Below are positions 55,768 to 64,000 of a stretch of 64,000 nt of DNA, in pieces. The position numbers and the translations under genes are program-made. The stretch covers positions 246,126 through 310,125 of the forward strand of contig NZ_DASRYZ010000006.1 of the NCBI RefSeq assembly GCF_035686825.1, read 5' to 3'. The stretch's first letter is position 1. Each line of letters starts with the position of its first letter. The notes under the pieces are model-generated. The model did no database searches and was not told the origin of the DNA. It was given only the letters and a program-made list of their open reading frames with translations. This DNA is from Sphingopyxis sp. GTDB taxonomy: Bacteria; Pseudomonadota; Alphaproteobacteria; Sphingomonadales; Sphingomonadaceae.

Positions 55768-57065
55768 TGCGCGCGCTCCTTCTTTCCGCCGCCGCGCTGA
55801 TCGCGGTTCCGGCCGCGGCGCAGGACGTCGCGATCGTCAATGCGAAGCTCGTTATCGGCGACGGCAGCGCGCCGATCGAGGGCGGCACCGTCGTCGTGCG
55901 CGGCGGCAAGGTCGTCGCGGCGGGCGCGGGCGTTGCGGTGCCCGCGGGGATCGAGCGCGTCGATGCGCAGGGCAAATATGTGACCCCGGGGATCGTCGCG
56001 GCGTTCAGCCGCGTCGGGCTGACCGAGGTCGATGCCGTCAGCGGCACCAACGACCGCTCGGCGCCGCGCACGCGCTTTTCGGCGGGGCTCGACATCGCGC
56101 CGGCGCTCAATCCGATGGGCTCGCCGGTCGCGGTCAACCGCGCGTCGGGCGTGACGCGCGCGATCGTCGCACCGAGCGGCAGCAGCAATTTGTTCGCGGG
56201 GCAGGGCGCGGTGGTCGACCTGGCCGACGACATGGACATGGTCACCAAGCCGCGCGCGCTGCAGTTTGTGGCGTTCGGCGAGGATGGCGCGTCGAAGGCG
56301 GGGGGCAGCCGCGCGGCGACCTTCCTCCTCTTCCGCGAGCAATTGCTCGCGGCGCGCAGCTATGCCCGCAATCCGGCGGTGCTCGCCGAATGGGGCAATG
56401 ACGCGATGATCCAGCGCGCCGACGCCGACGCGCTCGTCCGCGTGATCGACGGCACGACGCCGCTGTTCGTGCGCGTCGACCGCGCGGTCGATATCGTCAA
56501 TGTGCTGAAGCTGAAGGGCGAGTTCCCCGCGATGAAGCTCGTGCTCGTCGGCGCCACCGAAGGCTGGATCGTCGCGCGCGAGATCGCCGCGGCGAAGGTG
56601 CCGGTGCTCGTTTCGCCGCTCACCGACCTGCCGTCGAGCTTCGAACAATTGGGCGCGACGCAGTCGAACGCCGGACGGCTCAAGGCCGCGGGCGTCGACG
56701 TGTCGGTCGGCGTGTTCGACGACGATGACGCGCACAAGATGGGCTATGCGACGCAATATGCCGGCAACCTCGTCGGGCTGACGCGGGTGCCCGGCGCGAG
56801 CGGGCTGAGCTGGGATCAGGCTTTCGCCGCGATCAGCAGCGTGCCCGCGCGCGCGGTCGGCATGGAGGGCAGCATCGGATCGCTGCGCCCGGGCCGCGCC
56901 GGCGACGTCGTGATCTGGGACAATGATCCGCTCGAACTGGGCAGCCGGCCCACCGCCGTGTGGATCGACGGCAAGGCGCAGTCGCTGACGACGCGGCAGG
57001 ACCGTCTGCGCGAACGTTACGAAACCCCGCAGGAAGGGGCGCTGCCCAAGGCTTACGACTGGTAA
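55764..57065 (+). CDS. Amidohydrolase-like paralog lacking metal ligands (probably non-catalytic)
   Basis: ATG 55764 overlaps the upstream stop (ATGA). Signal peptide ALIAVPAAAQ. The overall layout parallels the amidohydrolase fold (N-terminal VVVRGGKVVAAG, C-terminal GSLRPGRAGDVVIWD). The HxH position reads GIVAAFSRVG, and I count one His in 433 aa. Confidence 0.8.
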   Translation: MMRALLLSAAALIAVPAAAQDVAIVNAKLVIGDGSAPIEGGTVVVRGGKVVAAGAGVAVPAGIERVDAQGKYVTPGIVAAFSRVGLTEVDAVSGTNDRSAPRTRFSAGLDIAPALNPMGSPVAVNRASGVTRAIVAPSGSSNLFAGQGAVVDLADDMDMVTKPRALQFVAFGEDGASKAGGSRAATFLLFREQLLAARSYARNPAVLAEWGNDAMIQRADADALVRVIDGTTPLFVRVDRAVDIVNVLKLKGEFPAMKLVLVGATEGWIVAREIAAAKVPVLVSPLTDLPSSFEQLGATQSNAGRLKAAGVDVSVGVFDDDDAHKMGYATQYAGNLVGLTRVPGASGLSWDQAFAAISSVPARAVGMEGSIGSLRPGRAGDVVIWDNDPLELGSRPTAVWIDGKAQSLTTRQDRLRERYETPQEGALPKAYDW

Positions 57066-57193
57066 GGCGCGGCGCGGAGGTCTGTCCTTCGCGTCGCCCC
57101 GCATCGTCCATGTTGACACTGTTAGCTTTGTCGCGGATGGTGGCGGCGACGCCGTTGCGAGTCGCCCGCTGACGGGAGCTCGGTGCGGCAACC

Positions 57194-57916
57194 TTGCTCG
57201 ATGAGGGATTGGCCATGCAGCCCATGTCGCTTCTGATCGTCACCTGCATTTTGTTCGTCGGATCGCATCTTGTCCTGTCGCACCCGCTGCGGGACGGGCT
57301 CGCGGGGCGGCTCGGCGAGCGGGGGTTCCAGATCGTCTATTCGATCGTCGCGATCGCGACGCTGATCATGGTGGTGCAGGCCTGGCGCGGTATGCCGCCC
57401 GAGCCGCCGCTGTGGGCGGTGGGCGATACGCTGTGGATGCTCGCCTCGCTGATCGTGCTGTTCGCGAGCATCTTGTTCATGGGATCGCTGATCGGCAATC
57501 CGGCGCTGCCCGCGCCGCACGCCGCGCGGGATGCGGCCGCGGCCGCGCGTGGGGTGTTCGCGATCACGCGGCATCCGATGATGTGGGGTTTCGCGCTATG
57601 GGCGATCGCGCATATCATGGTGATGCCGACGCCGGGCCAGATCATCCTGTCGGTAACGATCGTCGTCCTCGCGCTCGTCGGTTCGGCGGGGCAGGATGCG
57701 AAGAAGGCGCGGCTGATGGGCGAGGCGTGGCGCGGGTGGGCGGCGCGGACGAGCTTTATCCCCTATGCGCGGCAGGTCGCGGGCCAAGCGCCATGGATCG
57801 ATACGATCCCGCGCGGGCATGCGCTGTTCGGCGGGATTGTCTTGTGGATCGTTGCGACCTGGGCGCATGGCGCGCTCGGGTATATGGTGGCGGGCATCTG
57901 GCGCTGGGTTGGATAG
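57194..57916 (+). CDS. NnrU family membrane protein
   Basis: 240 aa, polytopic, with the NnrU-like pattern (GVFAITRHPMMWGFALWA). The start may be Met11 (57224). Confidence 0.8.
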   Translation: MLDEGLAMQPMSLLIVTCILFVGSHLVLSHPLRDGLAGRLGERGFQIVYSIVAIATLIMVVQAWRGMPPEPPLWAVGDTLWMLASLIVLFASILFMGSLIGNPALPAPHAARDAAAAARGVFAITRHPMMWGFALWAIAHIMVMPTPGQIILSVTIVVLALVGSAGQDAKKARLMGEAWRGWAARTSFIPYARQVAGQAPWIDTIPRGHALFGGIVLWIVATWAHGALGYMVAGIWRWVG

Positions 57917-57923
57917 GAGTGAG

Positions 57924-58463
57924 ATGAACGCCGACACGCACCTCAACGACCTGTCGCTGCGGCTGCTCGGGCGCGCCTTCGACGAACTTGACCCCGAGGA
58001 AAGCCGCGTGGTGCAGGCCGTCGCGCGGCGTGCGCCGAGCAGCCGCGATGCCGCCGACCTTGGCGATGCGCAGGCGAGCACGGGCGACAGGCTCGCCGAC
58101 CGCGTCGCGGCGGTGGGCGGCTCATGGGCCTTCATCATCGCCTTCACGCTGATCCTGCTCGGCTGGATGCTGCTCAATTCGGAGGTGCTTCAGCATTTCG
58201 GGCTGGCGTTCGACCCCTATCCCTTCATCTTCCTGAATCTGATGCTCTCGACGCTCGCCGCGGTGCAGGCGCCGATCATCATGATGAGCCAGAACCGGCA
58301 GGCGGCGAAGGACCGGCTGACCGCGAGCGTCGATTACGAGATTAACCTGCGCGCCGAATTGGAGATCATGCGGCTGCACGAAAAGCTCGACCAGCTGCGG
58401 ATCGCCGAGCTGGCGGCGAAGGTCGATGCGCTATGCGCGCGGCTGGATGGGGAGAGCGGGTAG
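57924..58463 (+). CDS. DUF1003 domain membrane protein
   Basis: Met54 of track ORF 57765-58463 (ATG 57924). Conserved block FDPYPFIFLNLMLSTLAAVQAPIIMMSQNRQ. Confidence 0.8.
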   Translation: MNADTHLNDLSLRLLGRAFDELDPEESRVVQAVARRAPSSRDAADLGDAQASTGDRLADRVAAVGGSWAFIIAFTLILLGWMLLNSEVLQHFGLAFDPYPFIFLNLMLSTLAAVQAPIIMMSQNRQAAKDRLTASVDYEINLRAELEIMRLHEKLDQLRIAELAAKVDALCARLDGESG

Positions 58464-58474
58464 GGGCGTTTGCC

Positions 58475-58506
58475 AAAAAAAGGGACCGCGGCGCGGTCCC
58501 TTTTTT
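58475..58506. terminator. Bidirectional rho-independent terminator
   Basis: A7-GGGACCGCG-G-CGCGGTCCC-T6 lies between the convergent DUF1003 gene and gltA. Confidence 0.85.
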
Positions 58507-58529
58507 GTTTGGCGTTCAAGTTGGTCGGC

Positions 58530-59813
58530 TTAGCGCTTGTCGACGGGCACGAACGGGCGATGCGTCGGACCGGTGTAGAGCTGGCGCGGGCGGCCGATCT
58601 TCTGCGCGGGGTCCGAGATCATCTCGTTCCACTGCGCGACCCAGCCGACGGTGCGCGCGAGCGCGAAGAGCGCGGTGAACATCGTCGTCGGGAAACCGAT
58701 CGCCGAGAGGATCACGCCCGAATAGAAGTCGACGTTCGGGAACAGCTTCTTTTCGATGAAATAGGGATCGTTGAGCGCCATTTCCTCGAGCTGCAGCGCG
58801 ACCTCGAACACCGGGTCGTTGACCTTGAGTGCGTCGAACACCTCGCGCACCGTCTTCTGCATCACGGTCGCGCGCGGGTCGTAATTCTTGTAGACGCGGT
58901 GGCCGAAGCCCATCAGGCGGAACGGATCGTCCTTGTCCTTGGCACGCGCGATATATTCGGGGATGCGCTCGGGGCGGCCGATTTCGCGCAGCATGTTGAG
59001 CGCGGCCTCGTTCGCGCCGCCATGCGCGGGCCCCCAGAGGCAGGCGATGCCCGCCGCGATGCACGCGAAAGGATTGGCACCCGACGAACCCGCGAGGCGG
59101 ACGGTCGAGGTCGACGCGTTCTGTTCGTGGTCGGCGTGGAGGATGAAGATGCGGTCGAGCGCGCGCTCGACGGCGGGAACGACTTCATATTCCTCGGCGG
59201 GAACGCCGAAGGTCATGCGCAGGAAATTGCCGGTGTAGCTCAGCTTGTTGTCGGGATAGACGAAGGGCTGGCCGACCGAATATTTATACGCCATCGCGGC
59301 GATCGTCGGCATTTTTGCGATCAGCCGATGGCTGGCGATCATGCGCTGGTGCGGATCGTGGATCTCGGTCGAGTCGTGATAGAAGGCGCTGAGCGCGCCG
59401 ACGACGCCGCACATCACCGCCATCGGGTGCGCATCGCGGCGGAAGCCGCGGTAGAAGGTCGCGAGCTGCTCGTGCAGCATCGTGTGGCGGGTGATCGTGT
59501 TGTCGAATTTTTCGAGTTCGCCGGCATTCGGCAGCTCGCCGTTGAGGAGGAGGTAGCAGACCTCCATGAAGCTCGAGTTTTCGGCGAGGTCGCCGATCGC
59601 ATAACCGCGGTGGAGGAGGACGCCTTCGTCGCCGTCGATATAGGTGATCTGCGATTCGCAGCTCGCGGTCGAGGTGAAGCCGGGGTCGTAGGTGAAGGCG
59701 CCGGTCTGGGCGTAGAATTTGCGGATATCGACGACGTCGGGGCCGACGGTGCCCGACAGGACAGGGCTGTCGACGGTCTTGTCGCCCAGCGTGATTTTCG
59801 CGGTGTCGGTCAT
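58530..59813 (-). CDS. gltA: Citrate synthase
   Basis: 427 aa. Signature [14 protein letters not shown] and [11 protein letters not shown]. Confidence 0.96.
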   Translation of the reverse strand: MTDTAKITLGDKTVDSPVLSGTVGPDVVDIRKFYAQTGAFTYDPGFTSTASCESQITYIDGDEGVLLHRGYAIGDLAENSSFMEVCYLLLNGELPNAGELEKFDNTITRHTMLHEQLATFYRGFRRDAHPMAVMCGVVGALSAFYHDSTEIHDPHQRMIASHRLIAKMPTIAAMAYKYSVGQPFVYPDNKLSYTGNFLRMTFGVPAEEYEVVPAVERALDRIFILHADHEQNASTSTVRLAGSSGANPFACIAAGIACLWGPAHGGANEAALNMLREIGRPERIPEYIARAKDKDDPFRLMGFGHRVYKNYDPRATVMQKTVREVFDALKVNDPVFEVALQLEEMALNDPYFIEKKLFPNVDFYSGVILSAIGFPTTMFTALFALARTVGWVAQWNEMISDPAQKIGRPRQLYTGPTHRPFVPVDKR

Positions 59814-59851
59814 ATTTTTTTCCCTGTTCTGACGGCGGGGAGAGAGAGTCG

Positions 59852-61333
59852 CTACGCCCCTGCCGGATAATGTTGCGCTGCGTCAAGTCGGGCGAGACTG
59901 ACATCGCGTCCGAGCAAGAGCAGCACGTCGAAAATTCCCGGGGAAACGGTTCGGCCGGTTAATGCGGCGCGTAGGGGTTGCGCGAGTTTTCCGAGCCCCA
60001 GTTCGGCGGCTTCGGCTTCGGCGCGCACGGCCGCGTCCAGCTCTTCTGTCGTCCAGTCGTTCAGCCCGCGCAGCCGTTCGGTCACGGCAGTCAGCAGGCC
60101 TTCGGGCGCGGCCTTTAGCACCTCGACCGCCTTTTCGTCCACCGGCAACGGGTCCGGTTGGAAGAGGAAGGTCGCGCCGTCGGCGATTTCGTCGAGCGTC
60201 TTCGCACGCGGTTTGAGTGCATCCATCGCGCGCGTCAGCAGATCGCGATCGAGACCGTCGAGCGCGCGGCCGACGAGCTTTTCGACGCGTGGGGCGACGA
60301 GGTCCGCAAGGCGCGCGTCGTCGGCTTCGCGGAGATAATGGCCGTTGAGATTTTCGAGCTTTTTGAAGTCGAAGCGCGACGGCGAGCGGCCGACATGGTC
60401 GAGATCGAACCACTCGGTCGCCTGCGCGCGGCTGATGATCTCGTCGTCGCCGTGTCCCCAGCCGAGGCGGAGGAGATAATTGTTCACCGCTTCGGGCAGG
60501 TAGCCCATCTCGTCGCGATAGGCATCGACGCCGAGCGCGCCGTGGCGTTTCGACAGCTTGGCGCCGTCGGCGCCGTGGATCAGCGGAACATGCGCGTAAA
60601 CGGGCTCGTGCCAGTTCATCGCGCGCAGCAGCGCCAGCTGGCGGAAGGCGTTGTTGAGATGGTCGTCGCCGCGGATCACGTGCGTCACGCCCATATCGTT
60701 ATCGTCGACGACGACGCTGAGCATATAGGTCGGCGTGCCGTCGCTCCTGAGCAGGATGAAATCGTCGAGCTCGGCGTTCTGCACCGTGACGTCGCCCTGC
60801 ACCTTGTCGGCGATCGTCACCGCGCCCTCCTGCGGCGCGCGCAGGCGAAGGACGTGCGGCGCCGCGGGATCGCCGTCGTCGCGATCGCGCCACGGGCTGC
60901 GCACGCGGAAGGGCTGGCGCTTTTCCTGCGCTTCGGCGCGCATCGCGGCGAGCTCGTCCTGCGTCAGATAGCAGCGATAGGCCTCGCCCTTCGCGAGCAG
61001 TTCGTGCGCGACCTCGGCGTGGCGCGGCGCGCGCGCGAACTGGAACACCGTCTCGCCGTCCCAATCGAGGTCGAGCCACTGCATCCCGTCGAGAATCGCG
61101 TCGATCGCCGCGTCGGTCGAGCGCGCGCGGTCGGTGTCTTCGATCCGCAGCAGGAATTTACCGCCATGGTGGCGTGCGAACAGCCAGTTGAACAGCGCGG
61201 TGCGCGCGCCGCCGATATGCAGATAGCCGGTCGGCGAGGGGGCGAAGCGGGTCACGACGTCGGCGCCGGTCGCCTCGGGGGTCACTCCGGCCGTTCTGGT
61301 TTGGTTTTCGGTTGCCACTACGGCCTCTTTCAC
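59852..61333 (-). CDS. gltX: Glutamate--tRNA ligase
   Basis: HIGH motif ([21 protein letters not shown]) and KMSKS-like LSKRHG. The start could lie a few codons downstream of 61333. Confidence 0.95.
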   Translation of the reverse strand: MKEAVVATENQTRTAGVTPEATGADVVTRFAPSPTGYLHIGGARTALFNWLFARHHGGKFLLRIEDTDRARSTDAAIDAILDGMQWLDLDWDGETVFQFARAPRHAEVAHELLAKGEAYRCYLTQDELAAMRAEAQEKRQPFRVRSPWRDRDDGDPAAPHVLRLRAPQEGAVTIADKVQGDVTVQNAELDDFILLRSDGTPTYMLSVVVDDNDMGVTHVIRGDDHLNNAFRQLALLRAMNWHEPVYAHVPLIHGADGAKLSKRHGALGVDAYRDEMGYLPEAVNNYLLRLGWGHGDDEIISRAQATEWFDLDHVGRSPSRFDFKKLENLNGHYLREADDARLADLVAPRVEKLVGRALDGLDRDLLTRAMDALKPRAKTLDEIADGATFLFQPDPLPVDEKAVEVLKAAPEGLLTAVTERLRGLNDWTTEELDAAVRAEAEAAELGLGKLAQPLRAALTGRTVSPGIFDVLLLLGRDVSLARLDAAQHYPAGA

Positions 61334-61377
61334 TCACTTTGCCGCCCTGTTGGACGGGGATCGGGGGTGCCCCTAGC

Positions 61378-63537
61378 ATGGCGACAAGTCCGCTTCAAAC
61401 GCCCATTTCGACGCGTCGGGCGGCTGTCTTGCAACGGACGGGCGAAGCGCTCGAAGCGCGGCTCGAAGCCGAGCGCGAGCGGATCGGGCTTTGGCTCCCC
61501 GTCGCATTGGGCGCGGGGATCGCCGCCTGGTTCGCCTTGCCCGCGCATGCGCATTGGATCGGGCTGCTGCTAGCGCTGGCGGCGGGCCTGTTGTTCGGGT
61601 TGCTGATCGGCTGGCACAGCCGGTTCGGCCGCGCACTTGTCGTCGGGAGCGGGGCCGCGGCGGCTGGAATCCTGCTGATCTGGGCCCGCGCGCTGTGGGT
61701 CGCGGCGCCCGTGCTCGCGGCGCCGGTAACGACGAGCTTTTCCGCCATAGTCGAGCGCGTCGAGCCGCTTCCGGCAAAGGGGCAGATCCGCATCCTCGCG
61801 CTGCCGCAGCGGCGGAGCGACCTGCCGCCACGTGTGCGCCTGACGCTGCGCACCGAACAGGCGGTGGGGCTTGCCGACGGCGAAACGATCGGCGTCCGCG
61901 CGCGGTTGATGCCGCCGCCGACCGCGAGCCTGCCGGGCGGCTATGATTTTGCCCAGCGCGCCTGGTTCGACGGAATCGGTGCGGTCGGGACGATATTGGG
62001 CGAGGTGTCCGGCGTGCCGGGGAAGGAAGCCGCCGCGCCGCGGCTGCGCGCTCGGCTGAGCGCGCATATCCAGGGCGAGGTCGAAGGTTCGGCGGGCGGC
62101 ATCGCGGCGGCGCTGGTGACCGGCGACCGCGGCGCGATTTCCGAGGCCGACGAGGAGGCGATGCGCCGCAGCGGCCTCGCGCATCTGCTATCGATCAGCG
62201 GGCTGCATGTGACCGCGGTGGTCGGTTTTGCCATGCTGCTGGCGATGCGCCTGCTGGCGCTAAACCGGCGGCTGGCGCTCGCGGGCCTCGTCCTGCCGCT
62301 CGCAGCAGCGGCGGGGGCGCTCGCGGGCGGAGGCTATACGCTGCTCGCCGGCGCCGAGGTGCCGACGCTGCGGTCGTTCATCGCGGCGCTGCTCGTGCTC
62401 GTCGCCTTTCTGATAGGGCGCGAGGCGCTGACACTGCGGCTTGTTGCCGCGGGCGCGCTGATCGTGTTGATCTGGCGGCCCGAAGCGCTTGCGGGGCCAA
62501 GCTTTCAGCTGAGTTTTGCCGCGGTCACGGCGATCATCGCGCTGCACGAAAGCCGGGCGATGCAAGCGTTCATGGCCCGCCGCGACGAGCCGTGGCTATT
62601 CCGGCTGGGGCGCGGAATTGCCGGATTGTTGATCACCGGCTTGGTCGTCGAAGTCGCATTGGCGCCGATCGCGCTGTTCCATTTCCACAAGGCGGGCCTT
62701 TACGGCGCGCTCGCCAATGTCGTCGCGATCCCGCTGACGACCTTTGTCATCATGCCGGCGGAGGCGCTCGCGCTGTTGTTCGACAGCGTCGGCTTGGGCG
62801 CGCCCTTCTGGTGGGTGGCCGAACAGGCGCTGCTGGCGCTGATCGCGCTGGCGCACGGCGTCGCCGATGCGCCGGGGGCGGTCGCGACGATGCCGAGCTT
62901 TCCGCCTTGGGGTTTCGCTCTCGCGGTCTTCGGCGGACTGTGGCTGCTGCTGTGGCAGACGCGCTGGCGCCGCGCCGGGGCGGTGCCGCTGATCATCGGA
63001 ATGGCGGCGCTGCTCGCCGCGCCGCGCCCCGACCTGCTCGTTACGAGCGACGGGCGGCATATCGCCGCCGCGCTGCCCGGCGGCGGCTATGCGCTGCTGC
63101 GCGACCGGGCGGGCGACTATGTGCGCGATACCGTAGCCGAAGCCGCCGGCGTCGACGCGCCGCTTTTGGCATTGGCCGAGCTGGGCCATGTCGAATGCAA
63201 TCGCGATTTCTGCCGCTGGGCGCAGGGTGAGGGGCGGGCGCGGCGCATCATCCTGGCGTCGCACGGCCGCGACCGGATCGAGGGTGCCGACATGGCGGCT
63301 GCCTGCGCCGCCGCCGACGTCGTGATCAGCGACCGCTGGCTACCGCGCGAATGTACGGCACGCTGGATGACGATCGATCGCGACAGCCTCGCCGAATCCG
63401 GCGGGCTGGCGCTCTATCTGGGCGATGCGCCAAGCGCCGTCGCCGCGCTTCGCGCGGGCGACGCGCATCCGTGGCGCCGTCCGCAGCAGCTTAGTGGTAA
63501 CGACGAAGCAGTCCCGACAAACGCCCTTGCACGATGA
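61378..63537 (+). CDS. comEC: ComEC/Rec2 family competence-type membrane channel protein
   Basis: Met23 of track ORF 61312-63537. Polytopic core with the [11 protein letters not shown] motif. Its 3' end overlaps the lexA 3' end by 47 nt (convergent). Confidence 0.85.
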   Translation: MATSPLQTPISTRRAAVLQRTGEALEARLEAERERIGLWLPVALGAGIAAWFALPAHAHWIGLLLALAAGLLFGLLIGWHSRFGRALVVGSGAAAAGILLIWARALWVAAPVLAAPVTTSFSAIVERVEPLPAKGQIRILALPQRRSDLPPRVRLTLRTEQAVGLADGETIGVRARLMPPPTASLPGGYDFAQRAWFDGIGAVGTILGEVSGVPGKEAAAPRLRARLSAHIQGEVEGSAGGIAAALVTGDRGAISEADEEAMRRSGLAHLLSISGLHVTAVVGFAMLLAMRLLALNRRLALAGLVLPLAAAAGALAGGGYTLLAGAEVPTLRSFIAALLVLVAFLIGREALTLRLVAAGALIVLIWRPEALAGPSFQLSFAAVTAIIALHESRAMQAFMARRDEPWLFRLGRGIAGLLITGLVVEVALAPIALFHFHKAGLYGALANVVAIPLTTFVIMPAEALALLFDSVGLGAPFWWVAEQALLALIALAHGVADAPGAVATMPSFPPWGFALAVFGGLWLLLWQTRWRRAGAVPLIIGMAALLAAPRPDLLVTSDGRHIAAALPGGGYALLRDRAGDYVRDTVAEAAGVDAPLLALAELGHVECNRDFCRWAQGEGRARRIILASHGRDRIEGADMAAACAAADVVISDRWLPRECTARWMTIDRDSLAESGGLALYLGDAPSAVAALRAGDAHPWRRPQQLSGNDEAVPTNALAR

Positions 63538-64000
63538 CGCGCTCGGCGGGGTAGCGTTGCGGCTCATAGGCGCTGTTCGCCGGGTCGAGCCGGATCATCT
63601 GCCCTTCGCGGCGGAAATATTTGAGCGTCGCGTCCTGTCCGTCGACGAGCGCGACGACGATGTCGCCCTCGCGCGCGGTGCTCGCCTTCTGGATCAGCGC
63701 ATAGTCGCCGTCGAAGATTCCCGCCTCGACCATCGAGTCGCCCGATACTTCGAGCGCATAATGTTCGCCCGACCCGAGCAGCGCGGCGGGAACCGCGAGA
63801 TTGTTGTGATCCTCGAACGCCTCGATCGGTACGCCCGCGGCGATCTTGCCGTGCAGCGGCACCTCGACGATGTCGTTCGCCGCGATCGGCCGCATCGCGG
63901 CCGGGCTCTTGCGCAGCGGCACGACATTTTCGCGCGCCGGTTCGCGTGCCACCGACGCCGATTTCGCCGCTTCGGGCACCTTGAGCACTTCGAGCGCGCG
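63491..64000 (-). CDS. lexA: LexA repressor (C-terminal part; N-terminus beyond the window)
   Basis: S24 peptidase domain with the cleavage-site region ([10 protein letters not shown]), GDSM (catalytic Ser) and the K in LKYFRR. The reading frame stays open to position 64000. Confidence 0.9.
   Translation of the reverse strand, partial: RALEVLKVPEAAKSASVAREPARENVVPLRKSPAAMRPIAANDIVEVPLHGKIAAGVPIEAFEDHNNLAVPAALLGSGEHYALEVSGDSMVEAGIFDGDYALIQKASTAREGDIVVALVDGQDATLKYFRREGQMIRLDPANSAYEPQRYPAERVIVQGRLSGLLRRYH

Noticed and set aside
57107-57135. TTGACA upstream of the NnrU gene as a promoter.
   Set aside because: The sequence 17 nt downstream is GATGGT, a poor -10 element. This is not enough support for a call.

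Overview
High-GC chromosomal segment: my hand counts give about 67% GC over 2401-2520. The gene content looks alphaproteobacterial and most likely Sphingomonadales. That placement is an inference from gene families, a GTTC-N7-GTTC SOS box and the intergenic palindromic repeat families; no search was possible. Most of the window is ordinary core genome. It holds pstS-pstC-pstA (pstA truncated at the left edge), uvrA, valS, aceA with a divergent RamB-like regulator, gltA-gltX, and comEC convergent with lexA (lexA truncated at the right edge). It also holds many secreted peptidases and amidohydrolases, a LytS/LytTR-type two-component pair, MATE, BCCT, POT and TerC transporters, and a PEP-CTERM/exosortase-associated module (sugar transferase-prsK-prsR-prsT). 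I found no rRNA, tRNA, CRISPR array, transposase or integrase. The only clearly accessory DNA is a ~2-kb low-GC islet at about 3565-5550 (about 53% GC by hand count of 4141-4440). It carries a DNA methyltransferase with an SPPF catalytic motif and a 161-aa ORF with PvuII-like D-X9-E-X-(K/R) spacing, so it is a compact candidate type II restriction-modification (defence) module. It sits directly against the pstS Pho boxes and next to an ABM-type gene interrupted by one in-frame TAG. Other signals absent from the ORF track: head-to-head Pho boxes, an SOS box at uvrA, candidate RamB-type operators at aceA, three families of intergenic palindromic/MITE-like repeats, several intrinsic terminators, and an amidohydrolase paralog with a single histidine. 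Many long ORFs in the six-frame track are antisense or out-of-frame artefacts of high GC and were not called. Several real genes start well inside their track ORF; I recomputed those starts by residue counting.
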